Of a stretch of 64,000 bases of DNA, positions 43,228 through 56,291 are shown one piece after another (position 1 is the first letter of the stretch; the number at the start of each line of letters is the position of its first letter). The notes beneath the pieces were generated by a model, which saw only the letters and a list, made by a program, of their open reading frames with translations, ran no database searches and was not told where the DNA came from. The translations under genes and the position numbers were made by a program. The DNA lies in NCBI GenBank assembly GCA_951406725.2, contig OX597819.1, positions 64,728,001 through 64,792,000 on the forward strand. The letters run 5' to 3'. The stretch comes from Octopus vulgaris. Lineage: Eukaryota.

Positions 43228-43659
43228 CGTTGAAGAGAAATATGTTTATGTATGTACACATACATATATGCAAATTTGTATATATATATATATATTCAAT
43301 GAGTGCCACATCAAAAGCAAACATCTAAACAAACAAGCCAGTTACCAAACAAACAAATACGGAAATACAAACGCCACAAATACAGCGTTAAATAGAAAGA
43401 TTCTATGAAATTAAACTGAATAAGAAATAACGAAGAATTTGTAAAGAAGAATATCAAGAGAGTTCTTTATATTTATAAATGTTCGCATTATGTTTCGTTC
43501 GTGATGAATTATATGCATGAATCCCGCACTTAGCGAAAGAGTCGTTGTTGGTTTTCTTTTCGCGCAGAGCCGCGCGTGTTCTGGATAAATTACTCTCAGC
43601 AAATAAACTGCATTTACATAAAAGGGCTTAGACAAGTTTTTTCGGTTATTCTAAACAAT

Positions 43660-43695
<36 letters not shown>

Positions 43696-44401
43696 CGTAT
43701 ATACGTGCTTCTTAAATTGTATGTTTGTTTAGAAAATTCAAATGTTTTTGTTTACTTCAATTACACGTGTGCGTGTATATATTTTTTAAAGAATTGTACG
43801 ACTACCTGTGACTAATATGTTTATGTTCTATTTTGTATGTTATGTTATATAGAGATTTTTGGGCTTCTTACATGCTGCTTTACTTTTAACACCTCTGTTT
43901 ATAGTTGTTTTGTTTTCATGGATCAAGTTGTTGTCATGTATGCTTGTTTTCTATTTAATTAATTATTATATCTATACAAAACTAATCTTGTTAACAGAGA
44001 TGAAACTATATACCCGCTGTAGGTAGACAAGCTTCATGAAGGGAGCGATGACAGTTCGAAACACCACTATCTACCAAAAGATATTGTAATGAAAATAATA
44101 GGAATATTCGTCTTTATACGATCAATTCGTAATTGGAATTTGTTGTGAATATAATATTTTCAAATTCTGCGCTACCAGGTCAAATCCTGCTGAGGTCTAA
44201 TTTCCTTTCCATTATTTTCGAGCTGATGAATATGAAAAACCTCTGTAGAGGGCCATCCATATTTCCTACTGGCCTAACATTTCACTTGTTCTGGCTTTAG
44301 TGTAAAAAATTGTATCTATTTTCGTGTCGAAATCAGCTATCAAATTTAATTCCTTAATATTGCATATACTGATATCAAGTCGTCATCAATATCAAGTAAA
44401 T

Positions 44402-44832
44402 TTTTTAGCACGCCGGGCAACATGTTTAGAGGTATTTCGTCCGCTGCTGTAAGTGGCGGTGAGCTGGCAGAAACGTTAGTACGCAGGGCGAAATGCTTAG
44501 CGGTATTTCGTCCACCGTTACGTTGTGAGTTCAAATTCCGCCGAGGTCGACTTTGCCTTTCATCCTTTCGGGGTCGATAAATTAAGTACCAGTCGCGCAC
44601 TGGGGTCGATATAATCGACTGATCCGTTTGTCTGTCCTTGTTTGTTCCCTCTGTGTGTAGCCCCTTGTGGGCAGTAAAGAAATAGGTATTTCGTCTGTCT
44701 TTACGTTCTGCGTTCAAATTCCGCCGAGGTCGATTTTGCCTCTCATCGTTTCGGAGTTGATAAATTAAGTACCACTTGCATACTAGAGTCGATCTAAACG
44801 ACTGCCCCCTCCCCATCAAAAGAGTAGAAAAG
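44402..44832 (+). mobile_element. SINE family A, multimeric
   Basis: Head ggcggtgagctggcagaaacgttag, B box gagttcaaattcc, body gcctttcatcctttcggggtcgataaattaagtacc. The B-box/body module occurs twice. Confidence 0.9.
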
Positions 44833-45045
44833 AATATGAAGTAAATTTCTCATTCGCCTCTGGATTTGTCTAGCATCCACCTATAATAGTAATTGGCTAA
44901 ATAGAGCAGTTCAGTATTTTACACCGTACGAAAGTCTAAATATGATCCTTATATATATGCACTACTTTAAAAGTTATCTGTCATAATACGGGGATATTTG
45001 GAAGTATACTATCTGTAATAAATGAATATTCAACATACGTATATT

Positions 45046-45259
45046 CTTTTCTAATCTAGGCACAGGACCCGAAATTTTGGGGGAAAAGACCAGTTGATTT
45101 GATCGACCCCAGTACGCAGCTGGTACTTAATTTATCGAACCCGAAAGGCAAAGTCGACCTCGGCGGAATTTGAACTCAGAACGTAAAGACAGACGAAAGA
45201 GAAAATAAGATCGCCCAGAGTCTCACCACTGCTAACGTTTCTGCCAGCTCGCCGCCTTA
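45046..45259 (-). mobile_element. SINE family A with 15-bp target-site duplication
   Basis: Reverse complement of family A, flanked by caacatacgtatatt at 45031-45045 and 45260-45274. Confidence 0.9.
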
Positions 45260-45369
45260 CAACATACGTATATTATTTCTAACACAGGTTAAAAGTTTTG
45301 CACCACATAGCCAAACGATCATGTAGTAGTACCTGTAAGTTATAAGTCGCCTTCTTGGTGCTGTGGGTT

Positions 45370-45690
45370 GAAAGTGGTCAGACTTTTGAGCGGCGAAGAC
45401 TTGGCAACTTCACCAGGACAGTGCCTTCGCTCACTTAGTCCACATAAGCCAAGCTTTGCCGGTCAAGAGACACCACTTAAGGTACATGCTCTCTGCTCTC
45501 CTGGCTTGGTACCATGTGGGTTCTTTCTCTTCCCCAAGCTGAAAATCACATTGAAAGGGAAGAGAATTAAGACGTGGACCACCATAACATTAGAGAGAAG
45601 GTTTTCCAGAGGAGTTACCAGCTGTGGCTGGACCGCTGAGAAAAGCGTGTGAACTCCCAAGTGTAGTACTTTGATGGTGATGAAATAAAT
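45370..45690 (+). mobile_element. Mariner transposase C-terminal relic
   Basis: WQLHQDSAFAH, HALCSPGLVPCGFFLFPKLKITLKGKR (for HPPYSPDLAPCDFFLFPKLK..LKGxRF), then YFDGD. Confidence 0.8.
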
Positions 45691-46936
45691 TTTGTGAAAT
45701 ATACACTTTTTTTAAAAACTGAAAGTTTGGATATTTTGTGGTTGTGGTTGTATGTGTACAACCACAATCGGTGAGTGAGCGATATAACGAATTCAATCAC
45801 TATGTTGGAGATATGTTCATCTAAAGTTGAATATTTTCTTTTTTGTGTTTCACGACTCTCAAATTATTTAGACGACTGGCTCCTTTCATAATTGGAAAAC
45901 ACTTCACGTATCCTTTTTCTTTCTTTGATTGGTTTTTACAGTTTTCATGGGATAATCGCAGTTTAATATATTGCTACATAAATAATATGTACTGCATTAA
46001 TGGCGATATGAATTGTTCAGTTACTTAGCAGAATTATTTCTATTTATGAAGTTTTATTTTTGAAAGTCAGTTGATCTATACTTTTATACATTGATATTGA
46101 CGAAATATTTAAAAGTGTTGCATATTCGATTCTTTACGCGTCGGCGCATTTCATTTGTCGATTCCTATTATTTCATCGTACGTATTGTTCAAAGCCTTTC
46201 CGTAGCGGTCTTCAAGAAATTGTCATATTGTTAATGTTTTTATCGTCAAGGCGATGTAACAAAATCATATTTTCTCTTTCTGGATCCTATCTCATTCATT
46301 GTGTCTGTTATAATTATCTTCTTATTTCGTCGCTTTTGTTTTCTTCATATTTTACAGTATTAGCCGCCTATCTCTAATCGCATGCAGGTTGCAGCTTTTG
46401 TAAATAAGACCTATGATTAGAAATGTATCTATTCTGCAGTCGGCAGGTGGCGATTATGACACAGTATTCATAAAATGCGACATTGTATACCGTTTACCAT
46501 TTCACTTTTATATCTAAGCTTGTGCTCGTTTTACATGTTGGTCTTCATTGTATGTATGCGTATATCTACCATGTTTACAATTATATCAATCATTCAATCA
46601 ATCAGAATGTTTCTCCGTGTCTCCCTCTCTTTATAGATACATATATACATACAAACATATATACGCACAATCGCACCATCTTTTTGTGTGCCAGGAAAAG
46701 TTTGTGTGTGTATACGCTTGGCGGTGTCTGGATGATCGTTATCAGAAAGGGAAGTGATTATCACAAAATGAGGAAGGGTTGGACATTTGACGTTAAAAGC
46801 AAACAATATACTGTACACCTGAATACATAGATACGTACATAATACACGAATGTACTCATATATATATATATTAATCTGATAATTTTTTTTTACAATTCCT
46901 ATTCTTGATTATGTACAGCACTAACTCCTCCTTTAT

Positions 46937-46983
<47 letters not shown>

Positions 46984-47479
46984 TGTGTCTGCAAATCTAT
47001 GAATGAATTATGAGCCAACAGATAAAATGCAGAATGGTCACGGTATGTATGATAACAACGTTGAAATAACACTTATGTGAAATATCACTCAACATAAATT
47101 CTTGATTATTGCAATTATCTTCGCCTCAATAAAAATACATCAAATTTACCGAATTGCACCGGACAACACATCCTGGAGAAGAGAAGAAAAACTCTCAAGA
47201 ATGACTATTCCCTAACTCAAGACAGAGACGTGTGTGTGAACCCTTTATTCCTACTAGACCTATACTATGTAACAAAACGCAACTAGCAATCAGACTTCAA
47301 AACCAAGCTCTCTCAAGAGTTGATATTACGAAGGGAATAAAAGAAGAATATAAAGAAAACGCAATTCTAGTGGCACTCAGAATCTCTAAAGAAACATCAA
47401 TCAGTAGTGGACGTAAAGTCTGACCACAAGATCTTTTACTTTGCCAATTAAACCTCGACAAACATCGAGATTCATCTTT

Positions 47480-48240
47480 AAAGAAACCAAAATGGATGAT
47501 ATACTAATTATTCGTCATAAATATGGGGAGAAAAAAGGTCAGCATGCAATTCAATACATCAAAATTTTAGGTTCTGCATTAGAGTCGAAATACACCCAAA
47601 TCACAATATTTGACACCTGAGAACACAATGATTCAGAGCAGTAATGGCATACGGTCTTAAAAGCTATTATGTCAAGTGATGCATCTTTCGTCCCCCACAA
47701 CACCAAACTAAACTGTAGCTACCAATATCTCTTTGAATGGATACTACGTATCTTTGAGTCGAGAGAACTGGTAGTTGAGCCGAAACAGTTGCAAAAACCT
47801 TAAATCTGAGTAGATTAGATCACTACTCACAGCTTTGTTTTCCAAACTCTACCGGTGTTATACGTGAGGCTGAAGGGTTAAAAAGAACGTTTTCCCGTAA
47901 ACTAACTTCAACTAAAAGCTTTAGATATTATGAACAGCTGAAAGCTCTGTCGATCTAATCTTTTGAACCGCGTTGAGCGGTATATATTAGCATGTGCGTA
48001 TGGACAATCATGGAGGGATGTGTTCCTAACTTCAACAATAGAAAGGTTTTATAATTTAAAAACATCGAAATCACGAACAAAAATATTCTATAGTGCCACT
48101 CTGATATTTAGAGTATCCAAATATTTGAAAAGGACCTCTACTGAAAAATTTCAGAAATACTGGATTAATTCCTAACGGCTACATTGGACCAGCCAACCAT
48201 TCAAGTATACACTCGGGGAACATCCGCTTTTACGAACTTC
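47480..48240 (+). mobile_element. Heavily decayed CR1-like LINE ORF2 C-terminal half
   Basis: Ordered fragments MQFNTSKF*VL, WILRIFESRE, SRLDHYSQL, ERYIL, LDQP match the post-RT region of CR1-group LINEs. Confidence 0.65.
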
Positions 48241-48701
48241 CAGCTATTAAGCGATAGCAATGCTGAAAGAAAATAAATTACTAAAACCATTAAAAGGATA
48301 TATATAATCCAAAAAACACGGAGAAAAAATACAAGAAAGAAAAAACAACGCCAGCAAACAAAGTTAAATATTAGCTTTTGGAATATGAGAACATTCTTAT
48401 GAAATATTAATTTGACTTGACGCTTCCATCTTTGTTTATAGAAACGTTCTCACATTAAGAAGGAATTTTACCTAACATTATAAGATTCGGTATCGATTCT
48501 CAGGGGCGGTTTAGCGCAGTAGTACAGAGCGCTCAGCAGTAATTTAAGAGGTACAGTTTTCGATTTTCTAAAGGGCTGCTGAAACTGTTTTTCCTTCATT
48601 TTAAAAGTGCCAAATCACTCCGCACTCCTATGTGTATTTACGTATATATATACACATACACACATATAGACACACATATGTGTATGTGTGTGTGTGTTTG
48701 T

Positions 48702-48749
<48 letters not shown>

Positions 48750-49279
48750 AAATATTCATGTAATAAATTCTTAGCAATCACACTTCCATTAGCAGTTAGC
48801 AGTATTGCACATCCATTGTATCAGCACTGAAAGGCTAGTTCATGGTAATTTCGCTTATATTATTTAGTACCTCTTATCTGGGATTTCATTCCATTTACAG
48901 ATCAGTTGCTTCACACTGTCACTAAGAAGAATGATTTATCTTCCTTATTAGTTGCCCCTCCATACGAAGACGACCGAACTGGTCACTCCTACACCATCTT
49001 GCAACACAGCGTATGACACTAACGTAATGCATAGCACCATATTTATTTTCTCACACATCATTAAACGTTTTACAGACAAGAAATTATATGAATGTAGATA
49101 AATTCATTCACATAAGCTAACTACACAATGAACAGAGCTCTAGTAAAGTCACAAAATCATCACGTTTTGCATCAACTACATTTCTTCAATTAGGTAGGCA
49201 CACACAGCCTCTATGTAGCATCCTATTATGTACTTAACCTGTTTATGCAAGCGACCGTATAATTTTTACTGGTAAGCTG

Positions 49280-49500
49280 AAGCAGTAACGCGCTTGTGAA
49301 AAGGTCCGTGCTTTTGTGTGACTGTTTTTGTCTTTCTGTGTTTTCGCATGTGTTTCTTCCTTGTTTTTTCTGTGTCCCTTTCTGTAGAAGAGGGTAGGCT
49401 CGACACGTAAAATACTTTTTCTATTCCTGATCGTTATACTAATACATCAGTTTGTTTTGTACACCACCTGTCTTCGCCTTTCGTTTTTTTCGTAAACTCT

Positions 49501-49503
<3 letters not shown>
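49280..49503 (+). mobile_element. Probable PLE 3' end with atypical hammerhead relic (49378-49413), ending at (TA)n
   Basis: cttt-CTGTAGA-a-gagg[gtag]gctc-GACA-cg-TA-aaat. Topology is retained but the core is mutated. Confidence 0.45.
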
Positions 49504-49555
<52 letters not shown>

Positions 49556-49602
49556 AAGTTTGAAAACGATACTATATTAGATAAATTTTAATTCTCTTAG
49601 AG

Positions 49603-49650
49603 ATTTTACATGTTTCGCTTCTCCTTGGAAAAATGAAGCTTATCAAAAAT
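49603..49650 (-). ncRNA. Degenerate minimal hammerhead motif
   Basis: Minus: attt-TTGATAA-gcttc[loop]gaagc-GAAA-catg-TA-aaat. Stems are intact; the core differs from CTGATGA at two positions. Confidence 0.55.
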
Positions 49651-49901
49651 ATTTTTAAAAGTTAAGTGTAATAAAAAAAAATTTATAATTGTTTCTTAGT
49701 AGTCTCAACAGAGTCTAGGTGGTGGTGTTTTGTGAAGTGGGGGGAGCATAATGGTTGTCTTGTGCGTTGACTAGAATCGTTGGCTGCCAACGATCCTAGT
49801 GAACGTACAAGACAGCTATTTACAGTTCTATATTTAAGAGATGAGGAATTATGTACATTATTTGCATTTCACCGATATTTGTCCTCATCTTTTTGCTGTT
49901 A

Positions 49902-49930
49902 ACACAAGGTTTCGAGCCTTCATCAAGTGT
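49902..49930 (-). ncRNA. Hammerhead relic with collapsed stem II
   Basis: Minus: acac-TTGATGA-aggctc-GAAA-cc-TT-gtgt; stem I is acac/gtgt. Confidence 0.5.
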
Positions 49931-50003
49931 CTTCGGAAAATTTCGAACCTGCGTTCTCATTCCTAAGGTATTTTTCAATGTTATCATTATTATTATTATT
50001 ATT

Positions 50004-50078
50004 CAGGTCACTTCCCGGAATCGAACTCGGAATCTTGGGGCTAGTAGCCTGCGCTCTTAACCACTACGCCATATGCCC
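50004..50078 (-). promoter_or_regulatory. tRNA-like unit with Pol III A and B boxes
   Basis: gggcataTGGCGTAGTGGttaagagcgcaggctactagccccaagattccGAGTTCGATTCCgggaagtgacc. Acceptor and anticodon stems are imperfect, so it is not called a tRNA gene. Confidence 0.75.
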
Positions 50079-50110
50079 GCGGGTGATTTTTATGGGCTGA
50101 ATTTTAGGGT

Positions 50111-50413
50111 TTATAAATCTAATATTTTCCTATCTTTCCTTAATACCAGTTCCCATATACTACTCATACCTGCACTCGGTCTGCTTAGGTGGTTGTTGTG
50201 TCCTAAAACATGTGTTGCATCTTTTAGACTTGGTATTTTCCAATGGTGTTCGCTATCTATTATTTTAACTTCATCGCACAGGGGGAGATGATCAACATTT
50301 TCCCAAACATGTCCAGGTATACCCGACTTATCAATATCTTCTCGTATAAGAGCTTTGTGAAGTTCGCTTACCCTTATTTTGATGGGCCGGCATGTTTCCT
50401 CTTTGTATAACTT
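50111..50413 (-). pseudogene. Penelope GIY-YIG endonuclease C-terminal portion (100 open codons, no start)
   Basis: KLYKEETCRPIKIRVSELHKALIREDIDKSGIPGHVWENVDHLPLCDEVKIIDSEHHWKIPSLKDATHVLGHNNHLSRPSAGMSSIWELVL...* fits YxGETxRxLxxRxxEH..KSxxAxH..R..KEA of PLE endonucleases. Not in the ORF track. Confidence 0.85.
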
Positions 50414-50825
50414 CAGAACGTAAAGACAGGCGCGATACTATAAGCATTACGCCTGGCGTACTTACATTCCTTATTTCTGTATTGCCCACAAGGGGCTGAA
50501 CATAGAGGAGACAAACCAAGGCAGGCAAAGGGATTAAGTTGCTTACATCGACCCCAGTGCGTAACTGATGCTTAATTTATGGATCCCGAAATGATGAAAG
50601 GCAAAGTCGACCTCAGCGGACTTTGAACTCAGAACATAAAGACAGACAAAATGCTGCGGAATTTGAACTCAGAACGAACCGGCGGACGAAATACCTATTT
50701 CCTAACTACCCACAAGGGGCTAAACACAGATGGGACAAACAAGGACAGACAAACTCAGAACGGCAGCCGAAATACTGCAATGCATTTCGCCCGGCGTGCT
50801 AACGTTTCTGCCAGTTCACCGCCTT
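50414..50825 (-). mobile_element. SINE family A, multimeric
   Basis: gaaaggcaaagtcgacctcagcgg..tttgaactcagaac, ending gctaacgtttctgccagttcaccgcc. Confidence 0.85.
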
Positions 50826-51464
50826 CTTTTTCGCGCATATTAGATCGCCACTTCCGTCTTTGCAATATGAACTTGTATTTCGTATTCCAAGTTCGATTTC
50901 ATTCCTGGTTTGCTTTCCTTAACAATTATCTCTGTTCTTTGTTTCACAACTCATCCCCTCTCTGTTTGGCCGCATTACAGTTTTCACCATATTCCTTTCT
51001 CATATACCCATCACTTTGTACTTTGTACTATACGAGGCGTGATTTTATAAAACATATCAGCTAGATACTTTAACCTCTTTCGATTTTATCATTATTACCC
51101 TCCCCTCTCTCGTTGTTCCCCTTTTCTTCTAAAAACGCCTAAAATCTGGTAATATACCCACATGGTATTTCTTTGCAGTTCTGTACATGACACTTTTATC
51201 CCACAACGGTTGTCTTCCTTTGCAGCCCCTGCTACATGTAACCGGTCTCACCTAATCAGGCCTTTCTCATCCAGAGCAGATGTGGGACAGGCGCTTAACC
51301 TAATCCTGACTCCGTACTCTTTCCTGTTCTGTTCAATCTGATACGCTGACCTCTTCCGTTCATCTATCTACGCATTATTACTCAACCAATAAATGATGTT
51401 CAGTTACCAATTGCTGTTCCCCTTACTTAAGTGTTAGGGTTAGGGTTGAGACCTTAGTTTCATA

Positions 51465-51585
51465 GAGCTCACTTTGAGCTGAGATCGGAAAATTCCTGCT
51501 GTGATCCAAACTGCCTTCTTTCTTCTGTTAAACTCGTCCTCCGCGTTCATCTATTCACATCCTTAATTTGTGCACAAAAACAAAA

Positions 51586-51626
<41 letters not shown>

Positions 51627-51812
51627 TCATTCCGCTTACTCTACCCTTTAATAGCCTTAGTTTCTTACAGCACTCTCTTTGAGCTGAGATCGAAAAATTT
51701 CTGCTGCGATCCAAACTGCGTTCTTTATTCCATGGAACTCGTCCTTCGGATTCACCTATTCACATCTTTAATTTATACACAAAAACTATTCATTCACACA
51801 CACACACACACA
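51465..51812 (+). repeat. Diverged tandem duplication (~200-bp period), each unit ending in (CA)n
   Basis: ctttgagctgagatcg.aaaatt.ctgctg.gatccaaactgc occurs at ~51472 and ~51677. Confidence 0.85.
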
Positions 51813-54276
51813 TTCGACCATCTCCTAGAAAACAAAGCAAATAAAGCTAAATATATGACAATGTTTACTTTCCTCGTTCTATTTTTAATTTAGTCTTGAT
51901 TTAACCACTAATGACTCAACAGGAAAGAAAGAAAACGAAGCAAAAGAACAAGACGAATATTTCTTTTCTAAAAAGAAAACCTGTTAAAATACATTCAGAC
52001 GTGACGTCTTCATAAAGAAAATTAAAAAGAAATTCTTTAAACAAATTAATTATTCGAATTATTTTTAATAACGGTTCAATTTCTGCTATTTTGGGAAGTA
52101 AGTTGATTTTACAAATTCAATTAGCTACCATTATCACACTACGCCACACCAAAATGCTACACTCCATGTAAACTGACCTACAGATAATTTGAATTAGAAT
52201 TTTGCGTTTCTATTTTTCTCTTCGACCATATTTATAGAAATTCTGTATTCCACAATTACCTTATTTACACTTTCTCTTTTCAATTTTCAATTTAGTGATG
52301 AGTCAGTCAATCTTCTTTCAATCCCTGATGAATTCATATTCATTTTTTACACACTGGTAATTAAAATTTTCCGTTGTATTTCAACCACATTTCATGCACA
52401 TCCATGTTATAACATTCTGTAAGATTTCTTATTTCTTAGAATTCCAATAACGTCGTAAGTCACTAACCTCGATTTCAAATATCAATCAAATTTATTAATG
52501 GGGTTTAGAACATACTTATATAAGAGACAGATTTTCAGTCTTTAATCACGCAAATAGATACCTATAAACATCTCTTTTATTTCATATCGCGTCTGCTTAA
52601 CAAAACGAGTGAATGGCCTTCAGTTTGGAAGTAGAACCTTATTTCAATCTCTGATATTTCTAATTCACTGAAATTAGATTAAAAGAAATTCGAAACTTAT
52701 AATGTTCTTATGAAACTAATTTGTACAGAATTTTAATAATACAGAAATATCAAGCCAAGCTTGAAAGCTTCTCAGGCTGGATGCTAGCAAGTTTATGGGG
52801 TAATCAGGAGAGAATGCACGTCGTTTAGGAGCCTTCCATTCGAAACTAGCACTGCACACCAGTCCTCCTCACTGAAATGAATATCTCATATTAATTTCAT
52901 ATATCGTTTGCAAATTGTGACTAAACGGGAGCAGATCATGATGTTCCATATGCTTCACTGTAAAATTTGATTCGTAATATTGGGTACGATATCATCTATT
53001 ACCTTGATTCCAATACTTAAATGATAATAATTTTCTTAACGATCAGGATGAAAAATTCAAAATTAACCTTAGCAGGATTTGTGTTAAGAACATAAAAGTC
53101 TGCAATTGAATAGGCCAGTATATTTTTTCCAACACTCTATGTATTAAAAATCTCAATCGTAGCGAAATATTATGTATACCGTCTCTAAACGTTACGAGTT
53201 AGTTATTGACGATAGTAGGTGGGAGCCGAAGTTATGTTGAGATGACATTTATTTCACAGTAAGAGAACACACATTAGGCTTTTTCAAGAGTATTTGAAGA
53301 GAAACCGGCTATGCACAAATATGTTACCCTTAGACGAAAACCTTTACGTCAATGCTGACTGATATTGTAGTCTACACTAACATACAAAGCATAGAAATGA
53401 TAAAGCATATGTGAATGACACAAGCTTAACATAACGGTATTATGACAGCCCATCCACTGTTTTGTTCTTCCAGATTTCTCTAATAATGTTTAGAATGATC
53501 TGTCGTTATATTAGGAGAGAATCAGGTGCAGATAATAATTTAATCGGTTATAAAAATCAGCTACAAATTATCGCATTGGATGAATAGGCGTCCGTTTTCA
53601 CAATTGCAAGGAAAGACGAAAGTAAATAACTGAAAAGTGAACATCTGGATGATAAGGACATTCTTACCTTTAATATAAAACTCTCTTAAGTAAATGAAAG
53701 ACGCTTCAAGACTTCACACGAAACATGGCGTGACAATTAAGCAACTTTCAGAAAAATTAAGATATATCAAAGCGTAATTCCCATTGAAAATTGCAAATAA
53801 ATACATTAGTGTTATTAAGTATATTTTTTCAGAAACATTTGATTCTGTTTTCGATTTCATTGTACTGCAATTCCCTATACTGACGTCGGCTTTCAAAAGA
53901 ATAAGGGTGCATCTGTAGGAGTAATCACTTCCCAGAGAGAGGAGCAAAATATTGAGTATTATAAATTATCATTTTGAAAAAATAGAAGTGTCCACCACAA
54001 GCACTGGCATTGCTGTTTAAAATTTGATCTGGAGCAACACAACAACGACGGAGACCTTCGAGGTGACAACACTTTGCTGAGTTACTTCAGAGAGAGCTAT
54101 TAATAAAGTGGAAGCGTAAATTACACGCGTTCTAGTTTGTTTCAATTATTCGATGCAATTCGTCAAGTAAACATTAATTGGTCAGCTTTACTATATATTT
54201 TTCAAATGTACTGACATTCAGTTACATCGGCAAATAATAATAATGATAATAATAATAATAGTAATATTAATAATGA

Positions 54277-54491
54277 TAATCCTTTCTGCTATAGAAACAA
54301 GGCCTGAATTTTGTAGGGAGTGGAACAGACGATCACATCAAAAACATTACTCAAATGGTACTAAATTTATAGACCCCGAAAGGATAAAAGGCAAAGCCGA
54401 CCTTGGTGGTATTTGAATACAGAACACGAAGAAGGACGAAATAACGTAAGCATTTCACCCGGCTAAAGATTCTGCCAGCTCACCAATTTAA

Positions 54492-54568
<77 letters not shown>

Positions 54569-54803
54569 TATTCAGACAAATACATAACAAAAACACCAGG
54601 ACTTACAAACACATATAACATACAGAAAATTGCACTACTAGGCACTGCACACATCCTACGCAGAACACCTTCCATACAATAACCATTAGAGCATCACAAC
54701 AAATCACAGCACATACCCAAGGCACACAGAGCTGCGCTCGGTAGTGAAGTGAAAGCACGCTATAAAAATAAAACTGCTGAATAATAATAATAATAATAAT
54801 TTA

Positions 54804-54858
<55 letters not shown>

Positions 54859-55400
54859 GTTGCCAATTTTGGCACAGGGCTATCAAGTTCAAGGAAGGTG
54901 TAAGTCCAGTACATGAACCTTAGTGCACAATCAGCAAATACGTTATCGCCCACGAAAGGATGAGATGGAAAGGCGACTACAACTTAATTTGAACTCAAAA
55001 TGCAAGGATGGACTAAATACCACTAAGCATTTTTCCCGGCATGCTAACGCTCAGAGCGGTTTGATGGTGATGATAATTTTTTCTACTATTGGTACATGGT
55101 AGAAATACATGGAAAAGGGCGCTTTGGATTTCCTAGACCCTTGTGCTCTAATGCTCTTATTTCATCGACTCTGAAATAATGAAAGCAAAATCGACTCGGA
55201 GCAGAGGGTATGTGGCTAAAAGTCCTTTAACATACTAACAATTCTATAGGATCACACCTAGATAATAGCAAATTTAGTTTAGACAGACAGAAGTAATTTT
55301 GGTGGAAGAGCTTAATTGCGAAAGCGGGACTCAATGCCCAATTGGTATTTCATTGAACGCAAAAGGATGAAAGGCAAAGCGAACTCGAAGCGCTAATATC
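54277..55400 (-). mobile_element. Several degraded SINE family A copies (~54277-54486, 54858-55050, 55080-55200, 55300-55390)
   Basis: gaccccgaaaggataaaaggcaaagccgacc and related antisense motifs. Confidence 0.65.
54568..54781 (+). mobile_element. R4/Dong-type LINE 3' end inside a (TAA)n tract
   Basis: SDKYITKTPGLTNTYNIQKIALLGTAHILRRTPSIQ*, a short 3' UTR, and (TAA)n on both sides. Confidence 0.85.
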
Positions 55401-55431
55401 GGTAATAAATGCCTGCTAAGTATTGTCTCCG

Positions 55432-55733
55432 AGGAGGCACATGGCCTAGTAATTAGAGCAGCGGACATGCGGTCGAGAGATAGCGAGTTTGAATCTCAGA
55501 CGGGGTTATGTGTGTGTTTATGAGCGAAACACCTACGCTTCACGCGGCTCCGGCAGAAGGTAATGGCGAACATCTGAAAACTCCTTCGCCACAACTTTCT
55601 CTCATACTTTCCTCTTACATCTTGCAGCTCACCTGCGACGGCCCGGCGTCCAGTCCAGGTGGGGAACCTATACGCCAAAGAAACCGGGAAACCGGCTCTT
55701 ATGACCCAGTCATGGCTCGAGAAGGAACAAACA
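55432..55733 (+). mobile_element. tRNA-derived SINE (family E) with V-domain-like segment
   Basis: A box tggcctagtaatt and B box gagtttgaatct. cctgcgacggcccggcgtccagtccagg resembles the V-SINE core as I recall it. (AAAC)n tail. Confidence 0.7.
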
Positions 55734-56207
55734 AGTATTTTCTCAAATGGGTTAAAGAATACTATGGCAAAAAACAAAAAAAGGATACACATAAAATAAT
55801 CACAGTAATTACTTATATCTCACTGCATACTTCACATTTGAATTGCTCTTTCCTCATTAAAGGGTCAATCTACTTATCTCTCACACCTTTTAGAATGCAT
55901 TTATGCATGCAAGGTTCTAAAACATTTAACGAATATTTATAAACTTTACAATTGATGATAAATATGTAACAGCAACGCAGCACAAGTTCGTGTTAGCAAT
56001 AATTATTCTGAACATTATAGAACAGACACACGTGTGTTTGTGTGTGTGTGTGTGTGTGCGCGCGTGTAATGCTGTGAGTATTGATTATATCTATTTTCAT
56101 AAAATATTGTTCAAAGACAACCGTGTCTTATTTCTAAGTTAACGAAATAAGCCATTTTTCAAGTCCTTCGGAGCGCCAACAGGCATGTACATATATATGT
56201 ATAGTAA

Positions 56208-56291
<84 letters not shown>

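Larger units (their letters stand above)
49820..50413 (-). mobile_element. Penelope-like element 3' part: GIY-YIG C-terminus, tRNA-like unit, hammerhead relic
   Basis: The three components listed separately are collinear on the minus strand. The 5' side is cut by a SINE A insertion. Confidence 0.8.

Noticed and set aside
44015-44075. Hammerhead-like ggtag..catga..gaaac..ctacc
   Set aside because: Core and stem II are too degenerate to support.
50004-50078. Functional tRNA gene
   Set aside because: Acceptor and anticodon stems are mispaired and it is embedded in a retroelement end. The SINE heads elsewhere were rejected for the same reason.
51290-51450. Telomere-like TTAGGG units
   Set aside because: Only two or three units; not an interstitial telomere array.
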